Shown piece by piece: positions 1 through 7,876 of a DNA stretch of 41,018 bases; position 1 is the stretch's first letter, and each line of letters opens with the position of its first letter. A program made the position numbers and the translations under genes. This DNA comes from Myxococcales bacterium (GTDB lineage: Bacteria > Myxococcota_A > Polyangia > Polyangiales > Polyangiaceae), in the NCBI GenBank assembly GCA_043747615.1, contig JAYTOU010000074.1:1-41018 (forward strand), in the 5' to 3' direction. Under the pieces are notes generated by a model that made no database searches, was not told the origin of the DNA, and saw only the letters and a program-made list of their open reading frames with translations.

Positions 1-118
1 ATCTACCGGGATCTTCTCATTCGTCTGTTGCTCGAAAGAGCACCAGGAGGAGAAGATTCTTTGAGCGCGCGGAGCGAGCTCGATGACGCACGCGTCCGCG
101 CGCATCCAGGGAGCGACC

Positions 119-1003
119 CTAAACGGCCTTTCCCATCGCGTGATAACCCTTGTCCACGTAGACCGTGGCGCCGGTGATCCCGCTCGCGAGCGGGCTGCAG
201 AGAAATGCTGCTGTCGCCCCCACTTCCGACGCGCTGATCGCCTCGGGTAGCGGAGAGTTCGCCACGCAGTACTGGACCATCGCGTCGATGATCCCAATCG
301 CGCTGGCGGCGCGGGACGCGAACGGCCCAGCAGAAATGGTGTTGACCCGCACGCCGTGACGCCTCCCCGCTTCGAAGGCGAGGACGCGCGTGTCGCTCTC
401 GAGCGCTGCTTTTGCGGAGGACATGCCACCGCCGTACCCCGGAATGACGCGCTCGCTCGCCATGTAGGTGAGGGAGAGGAAGGAGCCGCCTTTACGCATC
501 AACGGCGAGAAGCGACTGACCATCGAGACCAGCGAGTACGCGCTAGTGCCCACTGCTCCGAGGTAACCCTCGCGGCTCGTGTCGATGAGGAGCTTCTTTA
601 CCTCGGAGCCATTGGCGAGGCAGTGAATCAAGATGTCGAGCGGCTGCTCTCCGAAGTCCGCGACCATTTGTGCAGCCACGCCGCCGATCGAAAAATCTCC
701 GCGACCTTCGTAGCGCTTGCTCGCACGCACGGCTTCGGGCGCGGCCTCGAACGTGTCGTAGGCCGCATCGAGCGGATAGATTTTTTCGAACTCGAGGAGC
801 TTCCCGTCGGACATCGTCCGCCCTTCGTCGAGCTTCCCCCGCCGGAGGAGCGTCGTGAAAATGTTCATGGCCGGGGGCCATGTGCCCACGCAAACGCTTG
901 CCCCCGCCTCGGCAAGCGCCTTGGCGATCGCGAACCCGAACCCGCCATCGTCGGCCACACCCGCGACGAGGGCGCGGCGCCCAGTAAGATCGATTTTGAG
1001 CAT
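119..1003 (-). CDS. fabI: Enoyl-[acyl-carrier-protein] reductase (NADH), plant/chlamydial-like FabI
   Basis: N-term [38 protein letters not shown]; catalytic [33 protein letters not shown]. Confidence 0.92.
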   Translation of the reverse strand: MLKIDLTGRRALVAGVADDGGFGFAIAKALAEAGASVCVGTWPPAMNIFTTLLRRGKLDEGRTMSDGKLLEFEKIYPLDAAYDTFEAAPEAVRASKRYEGRGDFSIGGVAAQMVADFGEQPLDILIHCLANGSEVKKLLIDTSREGYLGAVGTSAYSLVSMVSRFSPLMRKGGSFLSLTYMASERVIPGYGGGMSSAKAALESDTRVLAFEAGRRHGVRVNTISAGPFASRAASAIGIIDAMVQYCVANSPLPEAISASEVGATAAFLCSPLASGITGATVYVDKGYHAMGKAV

Positions 1004-1011
1004 GCTGGACG

Positions 1012-1018
1012 TATACTA
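1012..1018. promoter_or_regulatory. Overlapping divergent -10-like hexamers (TATACT on +, TAGTAT on -) in the 21-bp gap between fabI and the CA-like gene
   Basis: Gap 1004-1024 = gctggacgtatactacgggcc; TATACT lies 7 nt before GTG 1025; no Shine-Dalgarno on either strand. Confidence 0.4.
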
Positions 1019-1024
1019 CGGGCC

Positions 1025-1474
1025 GTGCCGGTCGGGACCTCCAAGCCTTTCGATAAGACGCACCCGCCGGCCCTCGCCATCTATTGCTCGGACGGCCGCT
1101 TCACCGATGCCGTCGAGGAGCTCCTCCACTCCCAGGGTCACCCCCGCCTCGACACCATGACGTTGCCCGGCGGCGCGGCCCTGCTCGAGCTCGGATCGGC
1201 TGGCTTTTCCCAACTGGAGACGATGCGGGGAGCAGCGACGTTCCTCATTCGCGGCCACGACACGCAGAAAGTCGTCCTCGTTGCCCACGACGGCTGCGGC
1301 TTCTACGCGAACCGCTACCGCATGGATGCGGTCGATGCCATCCGGGAGATGCAGCTCCGCGATCTTCGCTCCGCCGCGCGCTGGCTGCTCACCGCACATG
1401 AGGGCATCGCCGTAATGTTGTACTTTGCATACATTGATCAGGGACGGATCGCGTTTCAGTCAATCGAAGCCTGA
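1025..1474 (+). CDS. Small beta-class carbonic anhydrase-like protein
   Basis: Zn-ligand pattern C-S-D-G-R ... PGG ... H-D-G-C-G. Start set at in-frame GTG 1025 because the ORF part 356-1024 is antisense to fabI. Confidence 0.65.
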   Translation: MPVGTSKPFDKTHPPALAIYCSDGRFTDAVEELLHSQGHPRLDTMTLPGGAALLELGSAGFSQLETMRGAATFLIRGHDTQKVVLVAHDGCGFYANRYRMDAVDAIREMQLRDLRSAARWLLTAHEGIAVMLYFAYIDQGRIAFQSIEA

Positions 1475-2244
1475 ACGTCGAACTTCGATGCAAACGCGCG
1501 ATGGACGTCCATGGACGGGGCCTCGTCTGTCTGACGCGTTTCCAGCTGGGATTTACGGTATCCGGTAATGATTTCGTCGACCGTCACTTGGCGCCCTGCG
1601 ACCCGAAAGCGAACGCGCCACTCCTTCACTGCCAGACGAAGCCCGTCGCCGTCTGCCTTGATCCGCCGGTAAGGGTGGGGCTGCGGTCCGATCGCGAGCG
1701 TGCTCGTCGCCGGTCCCTTCACGTCGATTCCATGGCCGAGTAGCCACACCGCTTGCTGCTCGGCGCGCGTGCTCCACGTCACCTCGAATCCGGGATCGGG
1801 ATCCCTCTCGAGCCAGCCCGTCTTCGCTTCGGGGAGTGCATCGGCGTAGGGAACGTACGGTTTGATGTCGAGCACCGGCGTGCCGTCGATGAGGTCGACG
1901 TTGGCCACGTGCAACACGAGCCCTTCGACGCGCTCGAGCCGAAGAACGCTCAGTCCAAGGGGATTTGGCCGGTGCGGTGAGCGGGTGGAGAAGACTCCGC
2001 GTCGCTTCGTGCTCCGCGGCGGGAGCACTTTCGGACGCCAGTCGGTGTTCAGATGAAACCAGAAGACGACCCAGATGAAATCCCAACCTTCGAGACCTTC
2101 GAGGGCGTGCTCGAAGTCACGGCCGGGAAAGAGTTCGATCGTCCCCTTCACCCCTTCGGCGACCGCAGGCTGACGTGGCGCACTCACTCGGTCGACGAAC
2201 GGCGTGTGCGCGATCCCGATCGGGCGAAGGGTCAGCTCCTCCAG
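1456..2244 (-). CDS. tsaA: tRNA (t6A37)-N6-methyltransferase TrmO/TsaA
   Basis: RGVFSTRSPHRPNPLGLS and DLIDGTPVLDIKPY motifs; family-like N-term LTLRPIGIAHTPF lies upstream of the GTG at 2187, suggesting a CTG start at 2244 (start uncertain). Confidence 0.88.
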   Translation of the reverse strand: MEELTLRPIGIAHTPFVDRVSAPRQPAVAEGVKGTIELFPGRDFEHALEGLEGWDFIWVVFWFHLNTDWRPKVLPPRSTKRRGVFSTRSPHRPNPLGLSVLRLERVEGLVLHVANVDLIDGTPVLDIKPYVPYADALPEAKTGWLERDPDPGFEVTWSTRAEQQAVWLLGHGIDVKGPATSTLAIGPQPHPYRRIKADGDGLRLAVKEWRVRFRVAGRQVTVDEIITGYRKSQLETRQTDEAPSMDVHRAFASKFDVQASID

Positions 2245-2251
2245 AGTGACC

Positions 2252-3703
2252 TCAGTGGTGCGGAATGATGTGCGTGAACCAGGCGACGGCCACTGCAGCC
2301 GCCGCAGCGACGGTCACGACCAGCCCGATGATCGCGCCGTTGGCCGACTTTTCCTGCGCCGGTCGGATCGGAATCGGGCGCGAAGCGGAGAGTGCAGAGT
2401 GCGGCGCCATCGGTGGCGGCGGGTTGCTATTACTATAGTCACCCGGACGACTGGATTCGGGGGGGGCCAGCGGATGCGAGCGGGGAGGCTCGGACTCGAG
2501 GTCTTCGAGCGCGGAAAGGTTCCCCTCGTTGAACACGTCGGATGGGAGTTGATCGCGCAGAGCCGGCACGTTGCTCTGACGATCCCCCGTATGGTCGATG
2601 GAAACACCGCTCGACCACCGCGACGGATCCTCGAAGTCCCCGAGGTTGAGCGGAGCGGCGAGCGCCGGAGTGCCCTTCTTTTCAAGCTCGCCCGCCACGT
2701 CGTCTTCCTTGAGTGACGTGAACTCGAGGAGCGCCTCTTCGATGAGCTTGTCGATGATCGAGTGCTGCTGCGGGCGGATGCGCTGCCGCTCCTTCATCGC
2801 GCCCTTCACGAGGTGCTCGATGTCGAAGGTGCTTACGGCCTGGCCCAGCGTGTACAGGTACTTTGAGAGCTCTTTTCCGAGGTCTCGCGCCGTCTGGTAG
2901 CGATGGTTCGGATCGCGGGCAAGGGTCTTCGCCAGGATCTTCTCGAGCTCGGGCCTCACGTGCTTGTTGTGCTGCGACGCGGGAGGAATCACCGCTTGCT
3001 GCACCTTCTTCACCGTCTGAAAGTCGGTCTCGCCGAGGAAGAGACGCTGCCCGGCGAGGAGCTCCCACAGGATGATCCCCACCGCGAAAATATCGGTGCG
3101 TGCGTCGACGTCTTGACCGAGCGCGGCCTCCGGTGAGAGATAACTGAACTTGCCCTTGATGATCCCGGGCTCCGATCTCTCGAGCTGCGAATTCGCCTTG
3201 GCGAGACCAAAATCCACGATCTTGATCTCGCCGAACTTCGTGATGAGCACGTTCGGCGGCGACATGTCGCGGTGGACGATGTGCAGATCAACCCCCTGCG
3301 GATCGCGAAGCTCGTGCGCGTAGCTGAGGCCTTTGCAGATCTCGTGGGCGATGAAGACCGCATAGGCCACGGGGAAGTCGTTCCCCTGCTTGCGGATCGA
3401 CTCGGCGATGGTCTTGAGGTTCGCGCCGTCGACGAACTCCATGACGATGAAGTAGGCGTTGTCGCCGACGCCGATGTCGAAGACTTGCACGCAGTTCGAG
3501 TGCGACAGGTGAGCGGAGAGCCGCGCCTCGTCGAGGAACATCGAGATGAACTTCTTCTTCTCGGAGAGGTGCGGCAAAACGCGCTTGATCGCGACTTGCT
3601 TCTTGAAGCCCTGGAGGCCTTCACTCTCTGCGCGGAACACCTCCGCCATACCGCCGGATTCGAGCTTCTCGACAACGCGGTACCGCTGCTGCGAGTCGGA
3701 CAT
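2252..3703 (-). CDS. Hanks-type Ser/Thr protein kinase with C-terminal membrane anchor
   Basis: GGMAEVF, VAIKR, HRDMSPPN, DFG, GKFSYLSPE; Pro-rich linker; terminal hydrophobic helix AIIGLVVTVAAAAAVAVAWF. Confidence 0.93.
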   Translation of the reverse strand: MSDSQQRYRVVEKLESGGMAEVFRAESEGLQGFKKQVAIKRVLPHLSEKKKFISMFLDEARLSAHLSHSNCVQVFDIGVGDNAYFIVMEFVDGANLKTIAESIRKQGNDFPVAYAVFIAHEICKGLSYAHELRDPQGVDLHIVHRDMSPPNVLITKFGEIKIVDFGLAKANSQLERSEPGIIKGKFSYLSPEAALGQDVDARTDIFAVGIILWELLAGQRLFLGETDFQTVKKVQQAVIPPASQHNKHVRPELEKILAKTLARDPNHRYQTARDLGKELSKYLYTLGQAVSTFDIEHLVKGAMKERQRIRPQQHSIIDKLIEEALLEFTSLKEDDVAGELEKKGTPALAAPLNLGDFEDPSRWSSGVSIDHTGDRQSNVPALRDQLPSDVFNEGNLSALEDLESEPPRSHPLAPPESSRPGDYSNSNPPPPMAPHSALSASRPIPIRPAQEKSANGAIIGLVVTVAAAAAVAVAWFTHIIPHH

Positions 3704-3709
3704 GTGCTC

Positions 3710-5485
3710 CTAGGTTGCCACTTGCGGAGCGGACGGGTCAAGGCCAGCGCCGTCGAGTCCATCCCCCGGGGGGGCTCGTCCGGTCTCTCCGCCCTCGGAG
3801 TCGGATTCCACCAAGCCTTGCACCTCGTAGGTCATGACCGGCTGCGCGCGGCCTTTGACGGTGATTTGCCGCACGGGACGGGCGATGCAGGTTCCCTCGA
3901 CTAGCTTGAAGGTGTCTTCGCTGATGAGCACGTCCACGCCCAGCTCCTTGGTGTTGCTCTCGAGACGCGAGGCGAGATTCACGGCGTCGCCGATGACCGT
4001 ATATTCCATGCGCTTTTCGCTGCCGATGTTGCCAGCCACGACTTCACCGGTGTGAACCCCGATCCCCGTGCGGAGCGCAGGAATGCCGCGCGCGGCGAGG
4101 CGAACGTTCAGATCGACCAAGGCCCTTCGCATGCGGACGGCGGCACGAACCGCGCGGACGGCGTCGTCCTTCTTCGAGACGGGCGCACCGAACACGGCCA
4201 TGATCGCGTCGCCGATGTATTTGTCGACTACGCCGTTTTCTTCCATCACGATCGTCACCATCTCGGTGAAGTACTCGTTGAGGAGGCCGACGAGAGCCTG
4301 CGCGTCGTTCATCTGCTCGCTGATGGTCGTGAATCCGCGAATGTCGGAGAAGAGGATGGTGACGGTGAGGCTCTCTCCGCCGAGCTGCACTTTGCCGCTC
4401 ATCAAATGCTCCATGACCGTCTGGGTCATGTACTTGCCGAAGGTGTTGCGGAGCTTGTCGCGCTCTTTTAGCCCGTCGACCATGGTGTTGAATCCGTCGG
4501 CCAGGTCCTCGAGCTCGTCGCCGGTGGTGACGGTCTCGACGTGCACGTACTCTTGCTTCTCGAGCTTCCGCAGGGCGACGTTCACCTTGCCAAGCGCGCG
4601 CGACATGATGTTCGCGAGACGCGAGCCGAGGATCATCGACAGGAGCGTCGCCAGCAAAAGAATGGCCACCGCCACCAGTAAATTCTGGCGAACGATGTTC
4701 TGAATGTCGGTGACGTCGAGGGCGATGGTCGCCGCGTACTGGCCCTTCAGGCCGCGCATCGGGGTTGGCTCGAGGCGCTGGATCGCCCAGTATTTGGCTC
4801 CGCTATCGACGAGCCCGAGCGTTGGTCCCGCAGCGGCGAAAGCGTCGAGCGGGAAGAGCGGCGTCGATCCGTACGCCGTGGCCTGCCCGGGCGCCGAGAT
4901 TGCGAAGTTCACTCCGATCTTGTTCTGGGCTTCGCGGAGGTAGTCCGCGTCGAGCGGCAAACAGCCCACGACGACGCCCGCATCTTTGATCTTGCGCGCG
5001 ACCATGAACGCCGGCGACGCGGCGCCACCTGTCTCGCAGCCGTGCTCGACCATGCCCGTAAATTCCCCGTCGGCAGGTAAAGCGGCCAGCTCGGCAATGA
5101 GGCTCGCCTTCTCCGGCGGCGCGTCCACTTCGATCGCCGTGACCCGCTTTCCGTCGGCGTCGAAGAAGAGATAGTCGAGGCCCGGATACGCTTCGTGGAA
5201 GATCTTGCCGAGGGCGACGATCGCCACCGGGTCCTTCGCGCGGAGCGCAGCGCGCATTTCCGCCTGCGACGAAAGTTGGCGCACCGCGGTGTCGAGATCC
5301 CGCAAGTCGTCTTCGAGCTCGAGCCCGAACCCGCGCACCGCCTCGGGCACGCGATTGTCGACCTCGTCGATTAGCTGACGATGCATGATCCAAGAAAGGA
5401 CGGGCAGCGCTGTCAGCGTCACGAGCGCCGAGAAAGCGACGAGCGCGGTCAGCTTTGCCCGGACGGTCTTGAGGCGAAAAATCAT
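3710..5485 (-). CDS. Membrane class III adenylate cyclase (2 TM, periplasmic sensor, HAMP, cyclase domain)
   Basis: Start MIFRLKTVRAKL at ATG 5485; two TM segments; HAMP (GDELEDLADGFNTM); FSDIRGFT, DKYIGDA, EYTVIGDAVNLASRLE. Confidence 0.9.
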   Translation of the reverse strand: MIFRLKTVRAKLTALVAFSALVTLTALPVLSWIMHRQLIDEVDNRVPEAVRGFGLELEDDLRDLDTAVRQLSSQAEMRAALRAKDPVAIVALGKIFHEAYPGLDYLFFDADGKRVTAIEVDAPPEKASLIAELAALPADGEFTGMVEHGCETGGAASPAFMVARKIKDAGVVVGCLPLDADYLREAQNKIGVNFAISAPGQATAYGSTPLFPLDAFAAAGPTLGLVDSGAKYWAIQRLEPTPMRGLKGQYAATIALDVTDIQNIVRQNLLVAVAILLLATLLSMILGSRLANIMSRALGKVNVALRKLEKQEYVHVETVTTGDELEDLADGFNTMVDGLKERDKLRNTFGKYMTQTVMEHLMSGKVQLGGESLTVTILFSDIRGFTTISEQMNDAQALVGLLNEYFTEMVTIVMEENGVVDKYIGDAIMAVFGAPVSKKDDAVRAVRAAVRMRRALVDLNVRLAARGIPALRTGIGVHTGEVVAGNIGSEKRMEYTVIGDAVNLASRLESNTKELGVDVLISEDTFKLVEGTCIARPVRQITVKGRAQPVMTYEVQGLVESDSEGGETGRAPPGDGLDGAGLDPSAPQVAT

Positions 5486-5743
5486 GGGGGCGTGCCGGGC
5501 ATTATGCCGGTTTTCAGGGGAACGAGGAATTCCAACGTTTGGGGAGCGAGCCAGGTGACTTTGCATCGAAGCTCGCGGTGAAGCCCGACTTGGTGTCGAA
5601 GCGCCACACCGCTCCACGGATCGCGGAGCTCCCAGCAGCGGCCTTCGCGGGCACGAGGTAAAGGTACTAATCGCGAAGCGCGCACGGTCGGCGGTCGTAT
5701 TTGGGTTCAGCGGTCGTGTAAATGCGCCGACGCCGCATTCCAA

Positions 5744-5772
5744 TTGACACTCCCCAGACCAACCCCGATCCT
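5744..5772 (+). promoter_or_regulatory. Putative sigma70-type promoter
   Basis: Perfect TTGACA at 5744-5749, 17-bp spacer, weak -10 GATCCT; GGAGG at 5794-5798 before GTG 5803. Confidence 0.45.
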
Positions 5773-5802
5773 CCGCGCCGAATCTTGCATTTTGGAGGTC
5801 GC

Positions 5803-6282
5803 GTGGACGAGTTGTTCGCTGTCACCAAGGGGCTCGTGGAAGGCGCGATCAAGCGTTTCGGCGTCGACGCTGAAGGCGTACGCGCGAAGGACGAAGAGCG
5901 CGGCCCCCGCGATCCAGAGCGGGTCGAAACCGCGAGCTGGACGCTGACGCGCGGAAGCGCCTTCGTGCTCGTGTCGGTCGTGAAGCGGCCCGAGCAGAAG
6001 GCCGTATTTCTCCGCATCGTCTCGCCCATCATGACCCTCCCGGATCCAGACAGGCACCTCGCGCTCTTCCATCGCTTGCTCGAGTTGAACGCGAACGGTC
6101 TCGTGAACGCCTGCTTCGGCCTACTTGGCGAGCGCGTCGTCGTAGTGAGCGAGCGTCCCGCCGCCGGGCTCGACGCGAACGAAGTGGAGCAGGTCATCAA
6201 GCACACCTCGGCGGTGGCCGACACGTACGACGATCGATTGGTGGCGGAATTCGGCGGCAAACGAGCGTCGGATCGATCCTAG
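5803..6282 (+). CDS. YbjN/CesT (T3SS-chaperone-like fold) domain protein
   Basis: WTLTRGSA...LFHRLLELN...FGL...VVVVSERPAAGLD..E...ADTYDDRL pattern; GGAGG before GTG 5803. Confidence 0.6.
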   Translation: MDELFAVTKGLVEGAIKRFGVDAEGVRAKDEERGPRDPERVETASWTLTRGSAFVLVSVVKRPEQKAVFLRIVSPIMTLPDPDRHLALFHRLLELNANGLVNACFGLLGERVVVVSERPAAGLDANEVEQVIKHTSAVADTYDDRLVAEFGGKRASDRS

Positions 6283-6322
6283 GTTCGGATGGTAAGTAGA
6301 GGCGGCGAGCTCGTGAACCTCA

Positions 6323-7876
6323 GTGGCTGAATCAAAAGCAATTCGTGGTCGGTCTCGGGTCGCTCTGGCGGCCTCGGGCGCGGCTCTTTTCTTCGCGTCA
6401 CCGTCGGCGCAAGCCCTCGACCCCGAGGTCACGAGCGACACGGCGGCGCAGTTCTACGACGTGCGAAGCCCCACGGGGGAGACCATCGTCACGCGGCGAC
6501 GCCTCACCAGCACGCTCGGCGTCGGCGCCTACGATCTCCTCGACCACGACAAGGACACGAGCAACCGCTCACAGGCCGAGCTCCTCTTTCGCGTGCGTAT
6601 GCGTTACGACGCGGACTACGGCTCCGCGGCGGCAGAGGTCGACCCCGCCAACTACAACCGCTTCGTCCCCGGGTTCTCGCGCGGTCCCGTCGACCTCATG
6701 TACGGCTACGTCGAAGGGCGCCGGATGCTCGGCGGCTATGTCGGCTTCAAGCTCGGACGGCAGTACGTGACCGATGCCCTCGGCTGGTGGTCGTTCGACG
6801 GCGGCGAGGTGAAGCTGACGACGCCCTTTTATGTTGCCGTCGAGCTTTACGGCGGCCTTGAGCAACGCGGGGGCATGCCCCTCTCGACGCCACGCTTCGA
6901 GCAGCAGGGCATGTGGCGCGGCGATCGCAGCGGCTACGATCCCTCGCTCTACAGCTCGTTTCAACCGAACCAAGTGGCGCCCGCGCTCGGCGTGGCCCTC
7001 GAGTCCGCAGGCTTCACCTGGGGGCACGGACGTCTCACGTACAGACGTGTGTATAATACAGGCAGATCGAACACCTCCGAATTCGCGAACGGGCTCACCA
7101 CGCCCACCAGCTACGACGGCACCCGGATCTCCTCAGACCGCATTGGCTACAGCGTCGACGCCTCGCTCGCGGAGTACGGCGGGGCACGCGCCGGGATCGT
7201 CTACGATTTCTACAACGCGAAGGTCGGCAACGCGTACGCGTCGGTCGACGCCTACGCCTCGAAGAAGCTCACCCTCAGCCTCGACTACGACTATTACGCG
7301 CCCACCTTCGACGGCGACTCCATCTGGAATTTCTTCGCGGGCGAAGGAATGAACGACGTCGGCGCACGCGGCGTCTACGACGTGAGCGACCACTTGTCTG
7401 TCTCCGGGTCCGCGCACCTCCGCGTTTTCTCCGTGCAAACGGCGCCGTTCACGACTGGCGCAGGTGCGGCATCGTCTCCCAACATCGCAGCGGGCGTTGC
7501 CAGTTATTTCCCCTCGAACGGCTCCCCGTTCGACGAAGGTGGCTCGCTCCAGGCGCGCTACAAGAAGGGGCCCGGCGTCATCGGCCTTCGCTCCAACGGA
7601 AATTTCGGTAAAGAAGGCGATCGCGTCGGCGCCGATATTTTCGGCGACTACCTCTTCGAGCAACACTACATCGCCCAGGCGCGCGCGTCGGTCTGGCAAT
7701 GGAACGACAAGCTCCGCACGGATCGCGACGCGACGAACCTCGGCCTCGTCGTCGGCGCCGGCTACAAGTTCAACCAGCGCTCGCGCGCCATCGTGGAATT
7801 TCAGCAAGACATGAACCGTCTCGTCGGGCTGCGCTACCGCGCGATGCTCACCCTCAGCTTCGCGGTGACGAAATGA
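6323..7876 (+). CDS. Predicted outer-membrane beta-barrel (porin-like) protein
   Basis: Sec signal ending AQA; Tyr/Gly/Asp-rich alternating beta strands throughout; C-term RYRAMLTLSFAVTK; stop overlaps the cytochrome start (ATGA). Confidence 0.72.
   Translation: MAESKAIRGRSRVALAASGAALFFASPSAQALDPEVTSDTAAQFYDVRSPTGETIVTRRRLTSTLGVGAYDLLDHDKDTSNRSQAELLFRVRMRYDADYGSAAAEVDPANYNRFVPGFSRGPVDLMYGYVEGRRMLGGYVGFKLGRQYVTDALGWWSFDGGEVKLTTPFYVAVELYGGLEQRGGMPLSTPRFEQQGMWRGDRSGYDPSLYSSFQPNQVAPALGVALESAGFTWGHGRLTYRRVYNTGRSNTSEFANGLTTPTSYDGTRISSDRIGYSVDASLAEYGGARAGIVYDFYNAKVGNAYASVDAYASKKLTLSLDYDYYAPTFDGDSIWNFFAGEGMNDVGARGVYDVSDHLSVSGSAHLRVFSVQTAPFTTGAGAASSPNIAAGVASYFPSNGSPFDEGGSLQARYKKGPGVIGLRSNGNFGKEGDRVGADIFGDYLFEQHYIAQARASVWQWNDKLRTDRDATNLGLVVGAGYKFNQRSRAIVEFQQDMNRLVGLRYRAMLTLSFAVTK

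Noticed and set aside
1..118. Possible partial gene at the left edge
   Set aside because: Frames are open on both strands with no recognisable motif; cannot be assigned
356..1024. Long N-terminal extension of the CA-like ORF
   Set aside because: Overlaps fabI antisense; CA motifs start after 1025
3763..3774. C5/G7 run, plus G7 at about 2459 and C8 at about 12838, as phase-variation tracts
   Set aside because: Short runs are expected at this GC content and reading frames are intact
5520..5700. Possible SRP, 6S, RNase P RNA or riboswitch
   Set aside because: No diagnostic conserved motif identified by eye
5486..5743. N-terminal extension of the cyclase and a 67-aa ORF at 5482-5685
   Set aside because: Non-protein-like composition; cyclase topology starts at ATG 5485
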